Assembly: GCF_030144855.1 (NCBI RefSeq)
Contig: NC_082730.1
Span: 15,314,001-15,378,000, forward strand
Origin: Hypanus sabinus
Taxonomy: Eukaryota
Direction of reading: 5' to 3'
DNA: 64,000 nt
Under the pieces are notes generated by a model. That model had not been told where the DNA came from and searched no databases. It saw only the letters and a list, made by a program, of their open reading frames with translations. Shown here piece after piece: positions 10,763 to 23,699 of the stretch (within the stretch, counting starts at the first letter, position 1; every line of letters starts with the position of its first letter). The position numbers were made by a program, and so were the translations under genes.

Positions 10763-11630
10763 CTATTACTAAGGAGAAGGTGCTTGGGAAGCTGAGGGAT
10801 CTGCAGGTAGGTGAATCATTTGGACCAGATGGACGGCACCTCAAGGTTCTTAAAGAGTTATATAAAGAAATTGTGGAGGCATTAGTAGTGACCTTTCAAG
10901 AATAATTAGACACTTGAATGTTCAGAGGACTGGAAAGTTGGAAATATTACCCCACTCTTTAAGAAAGGAGGGAGGCAAAAGAGAGGAAATTGTCGAACTT
11001 TTAGCATGATATCAGTGGTTGGGAAGGTGTTGGAGTCCATTATTATGAACAAGATTTTGATGTGCTTGGAAGTATATGATCAAATATGGTTCCCTGATGG
11101 GGAAATCCTGCCTGTAAAATCAGCCTCAGAATGCAAGGACATAACTTTATTTTATTTCTTTCCTGATAGAGTACAGAGTACGTCCTTCTGGCCCCTTGGG
11201 CCACAACACTAAAGGAACCCTTGACAAACCCAATTAACTGTAACTTAATGACAGGGCAATCTGCAAAGACCAATTCACCTGATCAGTCTGTCTTTCGACT
11301 GTGGGACTAAACAGGTCCACCTGGGAAAACACTACACAGTCCATATGGAGGATGTACAGATTCCATACATTTAGAACAGAGATGAGGAGGAACTTCTATA
11401 GCCAGAGTGTGTTGAATCTGTGGAATTCAATACCATACATGGCTTTTGAGGCCAAGTCTCTGGGTATAATTAAAGTGTAGCTTAATAGTTTATTGTTTAG
11501 GAAAGGCATCAAAGATTATGGGGAGAAAACAGGAGAATGGAAATGAGTGGAATAATAAATCAGCCTTGATGGAATAGTGGAGCAGACTGTATGGGCCAAA
11601 TGGCCTAATTCTCCTCCTATGTCTTATGGT
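10763..11630 (+). mobile_element. Degenerate CR1 fragments with a nested V-SINE-like piece (~11220-11360, - strand)
   Basis: RT-like text (GPDGRHLKVLKEL, MISVVGKVLESII) and a CR1-type 3' end. Paralogues at ~41230-42100 and ~51360-52210. Confidence 0.7.
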
Positions 11631-12599
11631 CTCACTGTCTTTGGTCGTCTCTAGCTTGTGACTATCTGAGCAGCCCAGGTAGATTACTAACTGTTGAAAC
11701 TGATTTTATGGTTGTTGAATAAAAACCCTCACTCAATTTGAGACGTGAGCAGGGAATCCATTCCTTCTGTTTGAGTTTATATATGATATGAACAAGGCTG
11801 CTGTATTCCATGATTACAACAAGGAAAATAAGCATTGAAATGCCTTTTAAAACACTAAAGGAATGCCAGTCCAAGGGCTGGTGTGCAGCTTGCTGCATCA
11901 CGAGGTTTACTTGTCTTTACACTGAGCTGAAGCTGTGGCTTGCAATTAATGGGATCCTGAATTGGTTAGAATGATGACTGGCTTCTTGCCTGTTGCCTCA
12001 GTTTTGTGAATTTTAGTTCCAAATGTTATTTGCTCTCTTTGATTTGCTCTGTTTTCTGCATGTTGTGTGTTTGACATTTATTTTTAATGGGTTCGATTCT
12101 TTTTTTTTTGTTTTATGGTTGCCTGCAAGGTGGTGAATCTCAAAGTTTTATATGTTATAGATTCTTTGATAATAAATGTACTTCGAACTTTGAATTTTGA
12201 AATTGTAGTGCAGACTGATTGGCTGTGATTCCATAAGCTGTCACATCTATGCAATGAAATAGAATTCTGAATTTAACCTTTCAAAAGTGTGTTCCAGCTT
12301 GGGGAGGATGCTGAAGAGTCAGAGAGTTACAGGGTATGGAAACAGGAGCTTCACCCCAAATTGTCCATGCTGACCTCAGTGTCTTCCTGAGCTTCTCCCA
12401 TTTCCCTGCAATTGGCCTTTATCCTTCTAAAACTTTCCTGTACATGAACTTGTCCAAATGTATTTTAAATAGTGTATTTGTACCCATGTCTCACACTTCC
12501 TCTGGCAGCCTTTTCCACGCACGCACTGCTGTGTGTGGAGAACCCTGCCCCTCCAGGCTCTCTGAGAATTTCCTTTCACTAGTTTTCAACTCCCCTACC

Positions 12600-12960
12600 C
12601 TGGAATAAAGACAGTGATTACCCACTATACCTTTGCCAACAAAATAAAGTAACACAATAGAATCCATGTAAAACCACACACAACAAAGGCTGACAAAAAA
12701 CCAACGTGCAGAGTCTCTGAAAGTGAGTTCACAGCTGCAGAGTCAGTTCAGAGCTGTGGCGTGTGAAACCAATCCAGGAGCCTGATTGCTGCACGACAAC
12801 AACCATTGATGAGCCCTGTGGTGTGGGACCCAAGTCTCCTGCACCTTCAACCCAATGGTAGTACCGAGAAGAGTGGAAGACGGGTCAAATGCAAGCAGAC
12901 AGGACAGGCTCAGGTGGGGGGAAGCTTGCTGGCACTGAGTAATGGGCTGAACACCGGCTC
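12600..12960 (-). mobile_element. Rex/Babar-like LINE 3' end remnant
   Basis: Shares text (gaaagtgagttcacag...gagccctgtggtgtgggacc) with ~18312-18770, ~42440-42840 and the 3' end of the Rex-like element at 54530. Confidence 0.45.
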
Positions 12961-13876
12961 ATTTTCAAGATCCTCTTGTAAACTTAGAAAACTCATGTCC
13001 ACTCCACTACAGTGTCATCCATAACGTAGAAATCATGCTGTCTGCATTATCATTCTAATTATTAAAATTGATGACAAATAAGAGTCATTAACAAATAACA
13101 GCACTGATCCTGATGGCACACCACTGGTGATAAAGTCTGATGTTGTCAGAAAACCAACACTCCACCACCACAATCTGACTCCTTACACGAAGCCTATTCA
13201 GTATCCATCCAGTGAGCTTACCATGAGATCTCACATTACAGATCACTCTACTGTACAAGGTACTCAACTGCTAAATTCTAAAGACCTGTCCTCATCAGTT
13301 CCTTTGATCATCTCTCAAAGAAAACTGGGTCAACTATTTTCGACAGAGGATTTCCCATGTATAAAATCATTTTCACTATCCAAAATCAGATCTTACCTTT
13401 GCAAAAACAGGTAGATCCTGCCTCACACAATCACTTCCAGTAATTTACCCACCACTGACCTTACGCTCACCTGTCTGGAATGTGACTGGATCAGTAATCT
13501 ATTGATTCAGAAATGTGGAAACACAATGAGTCATTAGTGGGCAATGATAATGATGACTCCAATCAAATAAAAATCATTACTTGTGAAGACCTGTGAGCAC
13601 ATGATGAGGGACGATGCTGTCTTCTCAGTCTATGTGGAATTCAATTATACAAATTGATTGTGTCGCTGATTCCTTAGAACACAGCGACAGCTTTAAATAA
13701 AATATCTTTATTCATTATTATGATTAAATTTCTTATATTTGGTTTTAGATCCAGTGTGATAACAACTTTCTTCCCCTTTACACCTTTGTACTGTAAATAA
13801 CATGAAACGATCTAGAATCTTGAATGTCCCTGTGTTGATCTGTTTTTACCTGTACATTTTCTGAGAAACTTCTCAG

Positions 13877-14197
13877 TTTCAGGTGCTTTATGGGCAGAAG
13901 ATAAAGTAAGAGGAGTTGTGGAAAGAGCAATCACAATCGATTGTCACTATGCACCAATGTACCATTCACACACAAAGTACTTGTGCCATATGTGGGATCG
14001 CCAATGCACATTGTCAGTGAATACAAATGGGACAAATAAGCAGTATGGAAGAATGACAATCAGAGATAACACAACCCAAGGAATATTTACTGTTACTATG
14101 GAGAGTCTTATCTCTAATGATACAGGAGTTTACAGATGTGGTATTACAACATCTGGCAATCATCCAGTGTTTGATGTGCATCTACAGGTATCTGGTG
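13877..14197 (+). CDS. Gene 1 Ig V-domain exon (second 'AEDKVRG' type), intact
   Basis: Tandem acceptors ttctcag|tttcag|, donor G|gtaggt. Open frame SGALWAEDKVRGVVERAITIDCHY...KYLCHMWDRQC...DTGVYRCG...LQVSG. Confidence 0.9.
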
Positions 14198-14379
14198 GTA
14201 GGTTTCTCATTGACTGTTTTGATGTCTCCACTGAAATAGCTCATTCATCTTTTCTCTGAGAAGAGTCAGGGCAGCATGGCTATGCAGAGTCTTCACAGCA
14301 GTGCAGATCCCTGTGGGGAGTGGGCCAGGGTGGGGATATTGCTCTCATCCACTGCAGGTCTGACTCACTGATGGGACAC

Positions 14380-16020
14380 TGATTTACAATGGAAGGTTCA
14401 GCACATTTTCCTGCCTCTGAACTCCATGAAACATCACCCTGTCAAAGGAGGAGGTATTTGTCATCCTGAGGCAAATCAATGTGAATATATCCCAGGGCCT
14501 GCTAATGTGTTTTCTCTGACTTTACAAGAGGCAAGAGCAGAGATTACCAGGGCCCTGGCAGACATATTTAAACTCTTCCTAGTGACAGGAGAGGTACCAG
14601 AGGTCTGGAGTATGGCCAATGTTGTTCTGCTGTTTAAACAAGCCTCTTAACATAAACCAGAAAGTCCTAGGGCAGTGATTCTGACATCAGTTGTAGGAAA
14701 GTTATTAGAAGGTATTCTAAGCGTTTGGATGTATATAATATTTGGATAGACATGGACTGTATAAGGATAGTCAGCACAGCTTCGTGTGTGGTAGTTTATG
14801 TCTAACCAACCTTATAAAGTTTGTGAGGAGGATCCCAGGAAAGTGGATGAAGGCAAGACAGTGGATATTATTTACATAGACTTTAGCAAGGCTCTCACTG
14901 AAGCCCTGCATGGGTGGTTGGTTAACAAAGTTCAGTCGCTCGGCATTCAAAATGTGGTGGTAAATTGGATAGACATTGCCTTTGTGGGAGAAGCCAAAGA
15001 GTGGAATTAGATAGTTACCCCTCTGACTTGAGGCCAGTGACTAGTGGAGTGTTGCAGGGATTGGAGCTGGGTCTATTGTGGTTTGAATCTGTATCTGTTA
15101 TCTGGATAATAATGTAAGCAGCATCAGCAAATTTGTGAATGACACCAGGACTGGGGGTGGTGCATTGGACAATGAGGAAGGTGATCATGGCCTGCAGAGA
15201 GATCTGCAACAGATGGAAAAATGGCTGAAAAATGGCAGAAGGTATTTAATGCAGACAAGTGTGAGGTTTTGCACCTTGGTAGGACCAACTAGGGTAGGTC
15301 TTAGACAGTGAATGGTAGGGCACTGAGGAGTGTGGTAGACCAAAGGGAATACTGGTAAATAATTTTTGTAAGTTGTGTCACAGTTAGATCGGATTGTAAA
15401 GAAAGCCTTTGGCACATTGACCATCATAAATTAATGTATTTAGTACATGGGATGGAATGTTATGTTGAAGTTGTACAACATGGTGAGGCCAAATTTGAAG
15501 TATTGTGTGCAGTTTTGGTCACCTACCTGGAGAAGAGATGTAAATAATGTTGAATAAGTACAGTGAAAATTTACAAATATTTTGCCAGGTCTGGAGGACC
15601 TTATCTATAAGGAAATATTGACTAGGTTATGTCTGTGTTACTTACAATGTAGACGCTAGAGAGGAGAGTTGATAGAGGTACACAAAATTATGAGGGGTAA
15701 AGAAAGGGCAAGTGGAGGCAGGCTTTTTCCACAAAGATTGGGTGGGATAACAACCAGTGGTCATGGGTTAAACGTAAAAGGTGAAAAGTATGAGGGGAAC
15801 GTGAAGGGAAAATTCTTCAGTTAGAGGATCTTAAGTGTGAGGAATGAGCTGTCAGAACAGGTGGTGCATGCAAGCTCAATTTCAGTAAGAGAAGTTTGGA
15901 TTGGTGAATGGATAGCAGGGGTGTGGAGTGTAATTGTTCCGGTGCAGGTTGTTGGGTATAGGAGTCTTAAATGGTTTAGCATGGATTAAATGGGCAGAAA
16001 GGCCTGCTTCTATTCTCTAT
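14380..16020 (+). mobile_element. Degenerate CR1-like LINE (RT through 3' end)
   Basis: Broken RT motifs (IYIDFSKA, LLHGWLVNKV) and a CR1-type 3' tail ending aaaggcctgcttctattctctatgactct. Confidence 0.75.
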
Positions 16021-16079
16021 GACTCTGTAGTATGTGGTCTACATCCCTCCATGCCCTGCCTTCTCATGTCCTTGTCCAA

Positions 16080-17160
16080 AAGCCTCTTGAATATAGTTCT
16101 TATCTCTGTTTCCTCCAGTTGGTCTGACAATGGGTCCCACTCAGTCACCATCTTCAGGATGAAAAAAACTTGTCTCACAAATGTCCTTTAAACTTTCCCC
16201 CTATTACCTTAGAACTATTATTCAATTTACTATTATTCAATATTTTAACCTCGGAGAAAAAAATTCTGACTATCTTCACTATCTTTGATTTCTCTAACCT
16301 TATAAACCTCTATCAGTTTGCTCCTCAGCCTCCTAAACTCCAGTGAAAACAATCTAAGTTTGTCCAATTTCTGCCCACAGCTAACACACTCCAATCCAGG
16401 TGACATCCCACTGAACCTATTCACCCTCTCCAAAAACATCCACATCCTTTCTATTGGGTTGCAAACAGAAGTACAGATTATGTTCTAATTGTGCTCTAAA
16501 CAAAGTTTTATGAAGCTACAAAATGCCCTGTCAGATTGAGTCTCCAACATGTAGATTGAAGAAGGTAAATGTGCTGAATGCTTTCATTACCATTATGTCC
16601 AGTTGTGTTGCCACTTTCAGGGAGCAATGGACTTGTACCCCAAGAACTCTCTGTACTTCAGTTCTAAAGGAATACATCTGTTAAATTCCAAGTGACGTCA
16701 AACTCCCCGAATATATGAGCACCATTTGATGGCTCTAGGCCTGTACTCGCTGGAGTTTAGAAGAATGAGGGTGGATTTTGTTGAAAGCTATTGAGCTTTG
16801 CCAAGCCCAGTGGATGTGAAGAGAGGTATCCAACAGTGTGGCATCTAGGACCAGAAGGCACAGACTCAAAATAGAAGGATGACCCTTTAAAAGAGAGATG
16901 AGGAGGAACTTCTTCAGCCAGAGGCTGGTGAATCTGTGGAATTCATTGTGACAAGTAGCTGTGGAGGTTAAGTCAGTGGGTATACTTAAAATGGAATTTC
17001 ATAGGTTCTTGATTAGTTAGGGCATCAAAGGATACAGGGAGAAGGCAGGAGAATAGATTTAGAGGGATAATAAATCAGCCATGATGGAATCATGGAGCAG
17101 ATTCAATGGACGGAATGGCCTAATCCTGCTCCTATGTTTCATGGTATTATGGTCTATGAT
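16080..17160. mobile_element. Two old CR1 3' fragments in opposite orientations
   Basis: - strand ORF 16245-16445 (LFSLEFRRLRSKLIEVYK); a + strand CR1 3' end at ~16730-17160. Confidence 0.6.
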
Positions 17161-17365
17161 CTGACATGAATACTTGTTGGTTTTATATAGATATCAGTAC
17201 TAATGGATTCATTGCTGCTGTATGTCACTGAAAGCAAATCACAATTATACACTCTCCTTCAAGTCACCATTAATTTTATATGTATCTGACAACTTCCTGC
17301 TTTCAAATTATGGTGAGTTTTCCAGGACACATGCAAATGTTGCCATTGCAAAGTCACACTGTTAG

Positions 17366-17612
17366 GCAAACATGAGGAAATCTGCAGACACTGGAACTTC
17401 AAGCAACACACACAAAATTCTGGTGGAACACAGCGGGCCAGGCAGCATCTATAAGGAAAAGCACTGTCGACGTTTCGGGCCAAGACCCTTTATCAGGACT
17501 AACTGAAAGCAAAGAGAGTAAGACTCTTGAGAGGGGATTGCTGAGTGTTGGTGGGGGAAGGGGAGAAGGGAGTCACAAACCCAGCATGTGAAGGTGAGGT
17601 AGAGGAGCTGCT
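17366..17612 (-). mobile_element. Penelope-like 3' tail fragment
   Basis: caaacatgaggaaatctgcagacactgg...cgtttcgggccaagaccc is the reverse complement of the tail at 7100-7348. Confidence 0.7.
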
Positions 17613-17706
17613 GAGATTCCAAACTTGTTGGTTCTGGTTGAGATACAAAACTGCTGATATCTTTAGTGTGTTTGATTTTCAGATGTTCACTGATTCTTTC
17701 CCACAG

Positions 17707-18024
17707 ATCCCATGTCTGTTCCTTTGCTTCGATTTTCACCACCGAGTGGCTCAAGTTGTGTGGACTCTGTGACAGTGTCCTGCGAGTCTGTCCATGGATC
17801 CCTTCCCATTCAGTACTTCTGGTATGAAAAGACATCATCTGGGGATTCAAAGATCTCTGACACCAACAAACTAGATCTACATTGTCAATCCTTAAAATAC
17901 AACAAATACCTGTATTATTGCAAAGCCTCAAATAATCATGGAGAAAAGTCCAGTGAAATGGTCAATGTGTCCATCTCCAACAATGTCAGCACCTGCAGAA
18001 ATGTGATTGAAGTCAACAGCACGG
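17707..18024 (+). CDS. Gene 1 Ig C2-type exon b, intact
   Basis: Acceptor ttcccacag|, donor G|gtaagt, 318 nt, phase 1-1. Frame PMSVPLLRFSPP...VSCESVHGSLPIQYFWY...YYCKASN...STCRNVIEVNST. Confidence 0.9.
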
Positions 18025-18311
18025 GTAAGTGGTGGAGGGTTTGATTCTTTATGATGGTCAATGGAGTACAATTGAATGACTGATGTGTGATGGATATTGT
18101 ATTGTTGGAACTTTACTCAGGAGCGTGGAGTGTACGTTGTCACCACCTTTCAGAGAATGAAAAACCTTTCATCACAGCATTTCAAACTTGAGTCGCTCAC
18201 CACAGGGTCTCCTGCCTCAGAATTGTTCTCACGTTCTGGGTGTGAATGTGTCTCATCTGGTAATATTTCTAGACATTAATTAAGATAGTCCCTCCAAGAT
18301 AAACCACTTCA

Positions 18312-18770
18312 AAGTTCAAAGTAAATTTATCATCAAAGTACATATATGTCATTATATTCTACTCTTGAGATCCATTTTCTTGCAGGCGTTCACAGTAGAT
18401 ACAAATAAATACAATAGAATCAATGCAAAACTACATATAATCAAAGATGGACAAACAACCAAAAGAAGACAAACTGTGCAAATATAAAAAAAAAATATTA
18501 ATTATAAATTAAAAATAAATATACTGAAAACATAAGTTGTAGAGTCCTTGAAAGTGAGTCCATTGGTTGTGGAATCAGTTCAGTGTTGAAGTGAGTGAAG
18601 TTATCCATGCTGGTTCAGCAGCCTGATGGTTGAAGGGCAATAACTGTTTCTGAACCTGGTGGGGTGAGACCTCCTCCTCAATGGCAGCAGCATGAAGCAA
18701 ACATGGCCTGAATGGCAGCCGTCCTTGATGATAGATGCAGCTTTTTCATGGCAATGTTCCTTGTAGACTT
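18312..18770 (-). mobile_element. Rex/Babar-like LINE 3' end remnant
   Basis: aaagttcaaagtaaatttat start and cctgatggttgaaggg...ctgaacctggtg text, shared with other fragments in the window. Confidence 0.5.
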
Positions 18771-21589
18771 CTATCCACATTTGCTCTGCCTGTATTTATA
18801 AGCAATTATCTGTTCTGCATTTTATGGCAAATAGACTGAATCATAAAATCAAAGCAGTTGTATCGATGAAAAGTACAGAAATCACATGGATTGTGAATGT
18901 CTGTGTCCTGAAAGCCAACATATCTTTTCCCGGCAAGTGGGATTGTGAGATGTGACCTCAAAAATCTATGCATCCTTGTTCACTGAGTCTCCAAGCAAAA
19001 GTGTGGAAAAAAGGAGCTCAAGTGAATTCTATGGTGAGCAGTTTCAAGGATAGAAACATTATTGAAGAGGGTAGGTTTACATTGGAACCACTGAAACACT
19101 CAACCACTGGGGCTTGGATTGCCTTAGTTCCCCTAAAAAGTGAATTGAAAATACTTGGGCAAAAAATATTAGTATTGCTTAGACTGTGGCAATAACAAGA
19201 ATGTAGATAATTACCTGGATGGCAATAGAATGGTAAAAGGGGGAATGTAATCAGTTTTGGGTGTCCTTGTACATCTTTCACTGAAGGTAAACATGCAGAT
19301 GCCGCAGGGCGTAAAGAATGCAAATTGTATTCAGATTTTCAGAGCGAAGATCCAAGGAAAGGAACAAGCATGAAACACTGCATTGAGACAGAGCCTTTAT
19401 CAGTTGGGACCAAAGTTCAAAGTATCATTTTTTATCAATGTATACCATATGCAACCTTGAAATTTGTCTCTTTCCTGGTAGCCGCAACACAAAGGATCCC
19501 ATTAGAACCTATAAAAAAAAGACCATCAAACATCACATGTGCAAAAATAAACAAATGAATCAAACAATAATAGTATGAAATTGACATGCAGGACTGAAGT
19601 TCATACAAGTGAGTCCCCAGCCATGAAGCCAGTCACAGCCAATCTCAGAGCCCGTTAGTTGCAGGCCACAGCCTCAGTTCAGTGCAGAGACGAGTAAACA
19701 TTGCGGAGCAGTTAGCCTTACATCAGCCCTTCCCTCACGTCCAGCCCAGACACCCTGAAATTTTCAATGTGCTTCCGTGTTTAAATCAGCCAATCAGAAC
19801 GTTGTTCCTCACACTCACACTCGGGCCCTGTCGCTCGATGTGCTCTCATGCTCGGGACCCGCTGACTCGATTCGATTCGTACCCAAACTTCCCATTCAGG
19901 CCCAAAGCTTAAATCAGTGAGACATCAACTTGTTCCTCACTCTCGGCTACTAGAATTGTGTGCCGATTTGGTCCAATGAAATATGTTCTTGTTATAGGTG
20001 AGCCAATCGTTCCTGCTCTCTGACGCGTGGCCCTGCCGCTTCAATATGCTCTCATGCCCAGAACGCAATGCCTCGATTAGGTCCATTCCAGACATTTCCA
20101 ATCTGGCTCAGCACCAAAATTGATCTCAGGCAACCAGCGTTGTGTGCAATTTTGGTCCGATGCAAGATGTTCTTGTTCTGGACAGAGGTGAGCAAAGGAT
20201 CAGCAGACTGATTTCCGGAATGTCACAAGTGACAGAAGATCAGAGGTTTGGTTGATGAGGTTTTTATTTGCTGCAGTTTAGATGGACGAGAGGTGATCTC
20301 AGAGAAACCTGCAATATTTTAGCAGGCTGATACAAATTCAGGTTTGATGCTTCCGATGCCAGGGAATACAGGATTGTCTCCGGACACTAAGAATAATCTA
20401 AAGGGTGAGTCATTTAAGTCTGAGATTAGGAAAGGTTCCTTCTCCCAGAAAGTGGTGAACCTGTGTTTAAGAAAGATTGAGTTATTTTTCTCAGAGGCAG
20501 AGAGATCAAAAGATATGGGAAACAGTTACTCTCCTAGAAATCTCCAGGTTCTAATACTCTACATCCAGGAGAACATAAAGAATTGGAACAAGAAAAAAGA
20601 GGCATTGCTGGCCATTTCTAATTTCAATGGATTGGGGGGATGATAACCTCTCTATTTTAAAAAAGAAGGTAGAGATAAAAGAGGAAATTATAGAGCAACT
20701 AGCCTGACATTGGTGTGAGGAAATGTGATGAAGGACAAAAGGCAAAACCAATGTACTGAATTGCTCTTGGGTTTCTTTCTGCCCATTATAAACTCCCCCA
20801 TCTCTGTCTGTTATTTGTTTTAATTCACAATCTCTTCATTGTACCAATTGAAGATTTCATAAGTATATATATATTCCCTACAAACCTTCTAACTTTCTAA
20901 ATTTTCAATGTTTTAATCAATTTTTCCTAATATTCAGCTTTGCAGCTTTTGCTAAACATGACACATTTCCTTGGATCTAATTAATTCACAGGTTTCTTTT
21001 GAACGTCATGCATGATCATCAGAAAGCTTCTGAGGGGATCTCTTTAATAATGAAATATTCCCTGGGGGATGGATAGAGTTCATGTTGAAAGGGATGTTTC
21101 ACAGGCTGCAGGGTCCTGAATGGGGACAGTTACAGGAGAAAATTGATCATCATTTTGTTATTGGACTTAAGACTATTACTCTGTGCAGTTTGAACAAATG
21201 TTTCAGAAATGAAGAGCTTTATTCAAAACTCTGAGTGCTCACTCAAGTGGTAGAAACTCTCTAACCAGCAAGAAAATCAGCAGAATTGTATGCAGAGAAA
21301 ATTGTTGCCAGGATTTTATGACAGCTTCTGAGAATGGTCGCGGTTTCTGTCACTAGTGCAAACACAGAAAGTCAGACATATATTTTACACACACATTGTA
21401 CAAATGATTGCATTTAATTGGAGTTTGTAATGAGGAACAGTTTATTGAATGCACTTTCAAATTCAAAAGATCATTGCCCCTAAATGAGTACAACAGGTAG
21501 GACCATCTCTATCTATCTTCAACCCATCCTCTTTGTTCTCTGCCATTCCACACCTGAAGTGAGATTCCATCACTTCATTTATTCAGCAA

Positions 21590-21875
21590 AACAGCATGGT
21601 GTGGGCCCTTCCAGCCCTTTGAGTCATGCTGCCCCAGCAACCCCGGCCAAACCCAATTAACCCTCACCGAATCATGGGACAATTTACAATGACCAATTAC
21701 TTTACTCATTAGTCTTTGGATTCTGGGAAGAAACCGGAGGACCCAGAGAGAACTCATGCATTCCACAGGGAGGACATACTGAGACTTCTTATAGAGCAGT
21801 GGCAGAATTGAACTCCAAACTTTGGAATGCCCTGAACTGTAACAGCATCACTCTAACTGCTGAGCTACCATGGCA
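21590..21875 (-). mobile_element. tRNA-derived V-SINE (HE1-like)
   Basis: - strand head gggtgccatggtagctcagcagttagag...ggagttcaattc, followed by a V-domain-like core (gggtcctccggtttcttcccagaatccaaagac). Confidence 0.65.
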
Positions 21876-22224
21876 CCCAGGGTACATTGATTTTCTGTTT
21901 ATTATTTCAAAAGACTTTGCCTTCTCACTGAGATAACTTCCTGCATTATCCTGTTGGATAAATGTGAACTTGAACAATTATCTCCCTGAATACTCAAGTA
22001 CAGTTATGACCATGCTACTGCAGAGGGTGATGGGGCCCTGGAAAGAGGTTTCCCCATGGCTGGCAAAGGCCAGCTCCCTGGCTGGAACTTTACATTGTGC
22101 TTAGGATTACAGTTCCCTCAGTCCAAGTCCCCAGCAGCATCTCCACACCACCAGTGCCTGAATATGGGAAAGAATCCAAATCATTAGTAAATGTAATTGG
22201 GTGCTCAGGAGAACAGCAATAAGC

Positions 22225-22380
22225 ATAACACCGTTACAATGCCAGCAATCAGTGATCGGGGCCCAATTCCCACCACTGTTGCAAGTTGTTTGTGCACTCT
22301 CCCAGTGAGTGTGTGGGTCTCCTCTGGGTGCTCTGATTTCCTCTCACATTCCAAAGGCACACGGGGAAGAATTATTAATT
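22225..22380 (+). mobile_element. Degenerate V-SINE (HE1-like)
   Basis: gtgtgggtctcctctgggtgctctgatttcctctcacattccaaag core. Confidence 0.55.
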
Positions 22381-22642
22381 CAGAGGCAAGCCATTTTGGC
22401 TCTGGTCACATGGAACTCTTGCAGGCTTCCCCAGAACATATTCTGTGTTGGTTGTTATTGCTATTGATGCATTGCACTGTGTGATCTGATGTACATGTGA
22501 CAAAAAAATCTCATCTTTAATCTGTATATGTGTATTGAGTAACAGATCACCTTTAGTCCATCATGTTCAGGTACCCATTGGTCTAACAATTGTGCAAGTA
22601 CAAAGAAAGCAGATAAAATTTAATTTGATTTTCTGTTAACAG

Positions 22643-22721
22643 GGCCAATCCATGTCTGTGAAAATACTGTGACAGAATCTACGACAACTACACAAGGGGA
22701 TGAATCTACATCAGATAAAAT
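22643..22721 (+). CDS. Gene 1 Ser/Thr-rich stalk exon
   Basis: Acceptor ttctgttaacag|, donor AT|gtaaag. 79 nt, converting phase 1 to phase 2. Reads GPIHVCENTVTESTTTTQGDESTSDK. Confidence 0.75.
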
Positions 22722-23391
22722 GTAAAGTATAAGTTTCTCTCTGTGGGTGATATCACTGCCACTCCTTTCAAATAGAGCCAGTTGGGAGAGGCATTGGTTT
22801 CTCTTTAACTGATATTAAAAAGAATTAGCATGATTATCTTCAATGAAATGTTGTGTTGTAAACTGATTTTCTTGCACAGTTGTCAAGTCTGAGATCAAAG
22901 ATAATTTTCTTACCCTAAATATTCTGAGTAATAAAGTCACTGTTATAGACTAGAACAACAGGCCCTCCAGCCTGTTTCGTCCAAGCCAACCAAGGGTCTA
23001 GACAGTCACGAAACAAAGAAAACCTTGGAAGCTGTTCAGTGAAGATGTATAGCTTCATGGTCAGCAATGCTGTCTGTAAGGGAAGAAGCCACTAATCAAT
23101 CCCTTAATGTAACAGTTCCAATGAAATGTATCTAAAAGAACATGGTAGGGTTCCCAAATGGTCTAGATAATACTTGCTCTCTATCCAACATCACTATCAT
23201 TGGTCATGATCTCATTTCTGCCTATGAGACCTTGCTGTGAGCAGATTGGCTTTTGCAATTTCCCACTGCTGTCAACAGTGTCTAATATTCATTTCTGAGC
23301 TGCAAACATACTGAGTTCATGAAAAATGCTGTATAAATGTCAGACTTTACAAATGGCCCAGAATTAGTGATGAACCAGAACTTTACCACAG

Positions 23392-23483
23392 ACACACTTA
23401 CACAACCGTGCTCAGTGTCATTGGGATTCTGCTCATACTGCTTGACGTTTGTCTACTTTGCTACCTGAAGAGAAAAAACAGGG
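23392..23483 (+). CDS. Gene 1 transmembrane exon TM1 (contains Asp)
   Basis: Acceptor ctttaccacag|, donor G|gtaggt. Only the phase-2 frame is open: HTYTTVLSVIGILLILLDVCLLCYLKRKNR, a hydrophobic run followed by a basic stop-transfer cluster. Confidence 0.8.
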
Positions 23484-23699
23484 GTAGGTTTCTTTTTTAC
23501 TTTAATTATTTCATGATGAATATGATTGCTAGCTGCTGAATCTTAAGGAACTAGTTTTGGTTGCAGTCAACAAAAATCCAGGAATGGAATGCCAATGTGT
23601 TGGTTTACAACACATGAATGAATGGTGTTGCTTCCACTGTAACCTGGTGATTCCATTGTTCCCAAAACATCAGACGATGGAATCTCCATTCCATTTTCA

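Noticed and set aside
13471-13498. 28-nt - strand mini-exon with good AG and GTGAGC sites, repeated at 43373-43400
   Set aside because: The paralogues are too similar for conservation to be informative. Joined to the antisense leader it stops after two codons.
21790-21875. tRNA-like sequences (also 26645-26712 and 5920-5980) as tRNA genes
   Set aside because: They have degenerate boxes and continue into SINE bodies; they are SINE heads.
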